Source: Alphaproteobacteria bacterium (GTDB taxonomy: Bacteria; Pseudomonadota; Alphaproteobacteria; UBA2136; UBA6156). Taken from it: a stretch of 32,000 nucleotides of DNA. Below, piece after piece: positions 29,846-32,000 of this stretch. The position numbers and the translations under genes were made by a program. Within the stretch, counting starts at the first letter, position 1; each line of letters begins with the position of its first letter. The notes below the pieces were generated by a model. The model did not search any database. It saw nothing but the letters and a program-made list of their open reading frames with translations, and was not told the origin of the DNA. The stretch covers positions 710,983 through 742,982 of the forward strand of contig JAIXQG010000002.1 in the NCBI GenBank assembly GCA_027485835.1, written 5' to 3'.

Positions 29846-29895
29846 GGTTGGCGCTACGAGAGCTATGGCCTGCGGCGATGTCTTGCGCCAAGAGG
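29846..29895. repeat. ~50-bp repeat module 2 (copy of 7276-7325)
   Basis: See 7276-7325. The terminal inverted repeat is TTGGCGC (29848-29854) with GCGCCAA (29885-29891). Confidence 0.7.
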
Positions 29896-29933
29896 AAGGC
29901 CTTTGACCTGACTTTTTATTGAAAACTGGCGGT

Positions 29934-29949
29934 TGGCACGGCTTTTGCA
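29934..29949 (+). promoter_or_regulatory. Sigma54 (-24/-12) promoter of the flagellin gene
   Basis: TGGCACGGCTTTTGCA is TGGCAC-N5-TTGCA, an exact match to the -24 GG and -12 GC consensus core. It ends 30 nt upstream of the flagellin ATG, with AGAGGAG as SD in between. Confidence 0.8.
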
Positions 29950-29979
29950 TTGATGGGGCATAGATAGAGGAGTCCGATC

Positions 29980-31881
29980 ATGCCGGTTTCGATTACTGCC
30001 AATGTGTCTGCGCGTTATGCCCAGGCCAGTTTGACGCGCCAGAATGAGGCGATTACCCAAGGGACATTGCGCATGAGCAGTGGCCAGCGCGTGTTAAGTG
30101 CGGCCGATGATGCGTCGTCGATGGCGATTGGCTCCAGCCTCAAGATTGAAAACGCCGGTGTGAAAAGCGCTATTCTCAACGCCACCAGCGGCACCAGCAT
30201 GTTACAGATTGCGGATGGCGCGCTGGGCCAGATTTCTGAACTGTTAACCCGCATGAAGGCGTTGGCGACGCAGTCGAGCAGTGGCCAGTATGATGATGCC
30301 ACCCGCCTGTTGCTGGATGGGGAGTTTCAGGGCCTGAAAGCGGAAATCGAGCGTGTAGCGAATGGCACCACGTTTAACGATGTGAAGATGTTGGCGGGTG
30401 AAAAAGATTTTGATCTGGCCTATGGCGCGACCGGTATTGCCGGAATTTCGAATGTGCGGTTTGACCAGACGCTTGTGGGGAGCGATCAGTCGTTCCGTTA
30501 CTCGTATGACTCGGCCAGCGAAAACTTTACCCTGACACGGGTTGATGGTGGTGCGACGACGACCCAGACTATCAACATTACCGCGCTGCTGAACGGTACT
30601 GTGGGTGTGGGTGGCAACCTTGCCAACAACCAGACACTGGAGCTTGGTTTTAGCCAGCTGGGCGTGACGTTGACACTGGGTGCAGGCTTTTTGCGGACCC
30701 AAGATATTACCACCGGTGTGACCGTGGCCGATGGTGGCGTGATGGATGTGGCGTCGTCGTCGTTCGTTGGTACCGGTAACGCCCTGCCTGCCGCGGCCAC
30801 CACGACATTGACCGCCCTTGGTGCGGCGTTTAATGCCACCACCGGTGCGTTGAACTTGCCGACTACCAGTGACGGTACGGTGTTGCGTCTGGATGCGTTG
30901 GCGGGGATCAGTTACGCCGTGAACGGTGGGGCGATTGGTGCCGTGGGTGCTGCCAGCCCCGACCTTGCCAGTGCAGGCCCGACCACCGTGGACGTGTACG
31001 CCACCAGTGGCACCAGCCGTGTGTTGGTGGGCCGTGTGACGCTGGGAGACACAAGCTCTCCGGCGGCGGGTGCGGATGCGATTTCGCTTGCGGTCAAAAC
31101 ACCGGGAGCGGCGGGCATACCGGTCGCAACCGTGGCCGACCTGACCGCGCTTGGCGGTGTGTTTAGTACAGCGACCGGTGCCCTGACCCTGCCCACGACC
31201 AGTAATGGCACGACCGTGACGTTGGATGCTGTGCCCGGTGTAAGCTACGCCGTGAACGGCGGTGCGGTAGGTGCCAGTGGGGCTGCTAGCGGTGACCTTG
31301 TAGGAGCTGGCCCGGTGACCGTGGACGTGTATGTGGATGCCGCCGCGGGCGGGCAGGTATTGCTGGGCCGTGTGACCTTGGGTGATGTGGCTGCCACGGG
31401 TGTAGGCACCGGCAGCCTGACCGTAAATGTAGGTGCAGGGTTGATGACCGCCACGGATAGCGGAGAGGTGAAATCGACCTACCTGACCTATAAGGTTGGT
31501 ACCGGTGTGGCGGCGGGGATTGACACGATTGGGGTGGAGATTCCGGCGATGACCCTGACGGCGCTGAACCTTGAAACTGTGACGATTGCAACCCAAACCA
31601 ATGCGGATCTGGCGATTGATGCCATGACGGCGGCGCTGGCGGTGCTGAACCAAGGCCGCGCCAACGTGGGTGCCCAGCAGTTGCGGATGGAAGCTGTGGC
31701 GCGCAGTTTGGGTGTAGTTTCGGAAAACAACGAAGCGGCCAAGAGCTCTCTGATTGACGTGGATGTGGCGGCGGAAATTACCGAGATCACGACGAATCAG
31801 GCCATGATGGAGGCGAGCATTGCGATGCTGGGCCGTGCCAACCAGTTGCCGGATATCTTGCTCGAACTGCTGCGTAACTAA
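29980..31881 (+). CDS. fliC: Flagellin (633 aa) with a long Ala/Gly/Thr/Val-rich central region
   Basis: The conserved flagellin N-domain is present (RMSSGQRVLSAADDASSMAIGSSL...MLQIADGALGQISELLTRMKALATQS), as is the C-domain (RANVGAQQLRMEAVARSL...IDVDVAAEITEITTNQAMMEASIAMLGRANQLP). AGAGGAG serves as SD. Confidence 0.92.
   Translation: MPVSITANVSARYAQASLTRQNEAITQGTLRMSSGQRVLSAADDASSMAIGSSLKIENAGVKSAILNATSGTSMLQIADGALGQISELLTRMKALATQSSSGQYDDATRLLLDGEFQGLKAEIERVANGTTFNDVKMLAGEKDFDLAYGATGIAGISNVRFDQTLVGSDQSFRYSYDSASENFTLTRVDGGATTTQTINITALLNGTVGVGGNLANNQTLELGFSQLGVTLTLGAGFLRTQDITTGVTVADGGVMDVASSSFVGTGNALPAAATTTLTALGAAFNATTGALNLPTTSDGTVLRLDALAGISYAVNGGAIGAVGAASPDLASAGPTTVDVYATSGTSRVLVGRVTLGDTSSPAAGADAISLAVKTPGAAGIPVATVADLTALGGVFSTATGALTLPTTSNGTTVTLDAVPGVSYAVNGGAVGASGAASGDLVGAGPVTVDVYVDAAAGGQVLLGRVTLGDVAATGVGTGSLTVNVGAGLMTATDSGEVKSTYLTYKVGTGVAAGIDTIGVEIPAMTLTALNLETVTIATQTNADLAIDAMTAALAVLNQGRANVGAQQLRMEAVARSLGVVSENNEAAKSSLIDVDVAAEITEITTNQAMMEASIAMLGRANQLPDILLELLRN
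30808..31386 (+). repeat. Internal tandem duplication within the flagellin variable region (period 333 nt = 111 aa)
   Basis: Unit cores 30808-31050 and 31141-31386 encode LTALGAAFNATTGALNLPTTSDGTVLRLDALAGISYAVNGGAIGAVGAAS...VLVGRVTLGD and LTALGGVFSTATGALTLPTTSNGTTVTLDAVPGVSYAVNGGAVGASGAAS...VLLGRVTLGD. Confidence 0.85.
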
Positions 31882-31913
31882 GTTTAACCCTTACGGATAC
31901 GGAGCGTTAACAC

Positions 31914-32000
31914 ATGGCAAAGATCGGACTTGCCGCGGAACTGGCCAAACAGGCGGCGCAAGCGGCCCGTGAGGAAGTGGCCGCACTCAGCGGAGAAGCT
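31914..32000 (+). CDS. 5' end of an unidentified ORF downstream of flagellin (runs off the window)
   Basis: ATG 31914 is followed by an open frame to the window end (MAKIGLAAELAKQAAQAAREEVAALSGEA...). GGAG lies about 9 nt upstream. The fragment is too short to identify. Confidence 0.35.
   Translation, partial: MAKIGLAAELAKQAAQAAREEVAALSGEA

Noticed and set aside
30244-31653. 469-aa ORF antisense to flagellin.
   Set aside because: Arg/His/Gly-rich shadow of an Ala/Gly/Thr/Val-rich gene. The flagellin frame has conserved N- and C-terminal domains.
1-32000. Scan for CRISPR arrays, tRNA/rRNA genes, IS elements/transposases, integrases, toxin-antitoxin pairs or recognisable defence genes.
   Set aside because: No regularly spaced direct repeats, no cloverleaf-like or rRNA-like segments, and no ORF with transposase, recombinase, nuclease or helicase motifs were found by eye. 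The only repeats are the hairpin families reported above.

Overview
GC-rich bacterial chromosomal segment; hand-counted 60-nt samples in typical genes give about 62% GC. Gene content and local synteny look alphaproteobacterial: mutY divergent from a DUF721/DciA-like gene plus dsbA, an F0-only atp cluster, and a Cys-less L31. Taxonomy cannot be verified from here.

I call about 37 protein genes, in three groups.
- Housekeeping: nrdA (3' end), nrdB, trmD, rplS, slt, rnhB, mutY, dsbA-like, atpI-like, atpB, atpE, atpF, rpmE.
- A co-directional glycosyltransferase, two SDR epimerase paralogs and a class IV aminotransferase running on from rnhB, followed by GNAT and AstE/aspartoacylase-like genes.
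- A polar-flagellum/chemotaxis neighbourhood: cheW, fliI, fliJ, cheR, a FliK-like gene, flhG, flhF, and a 633-aa flagellin behind a textbook sigma54 promoter.

I saw no rRNA, tRNA, CRISPR array, transposase, integrase or recognisable defence gene.

The least ordinary content is:
1. Two families of long nested-hairpin intergenic elements whose copies keep architecture, loop and bulge sequence while the stem sequences differ in a compensatory way. Family 1 is at 671, 7136, 25614 and 29681. Family 2 is at 4160 and 13859.
2. A low-GC gene (27060-27812) encoding an unknown N-terminal domain fused to an RNA polymerase alpha-CTD-like domain. It sits in an arsR-SDR insert inside the flagellar cluster.
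3. An overlapping pair of small membrane-protein ORFs with strong Shine-Dalgarno sites, antisense between atpI-like and atpB.
4. A receiver-fold protein lacking the phospho-acceptor Asp.
5. A divergent FlhF/FlhG pair.

Every functional call comes from by-eye motif recognition. No database search was run.
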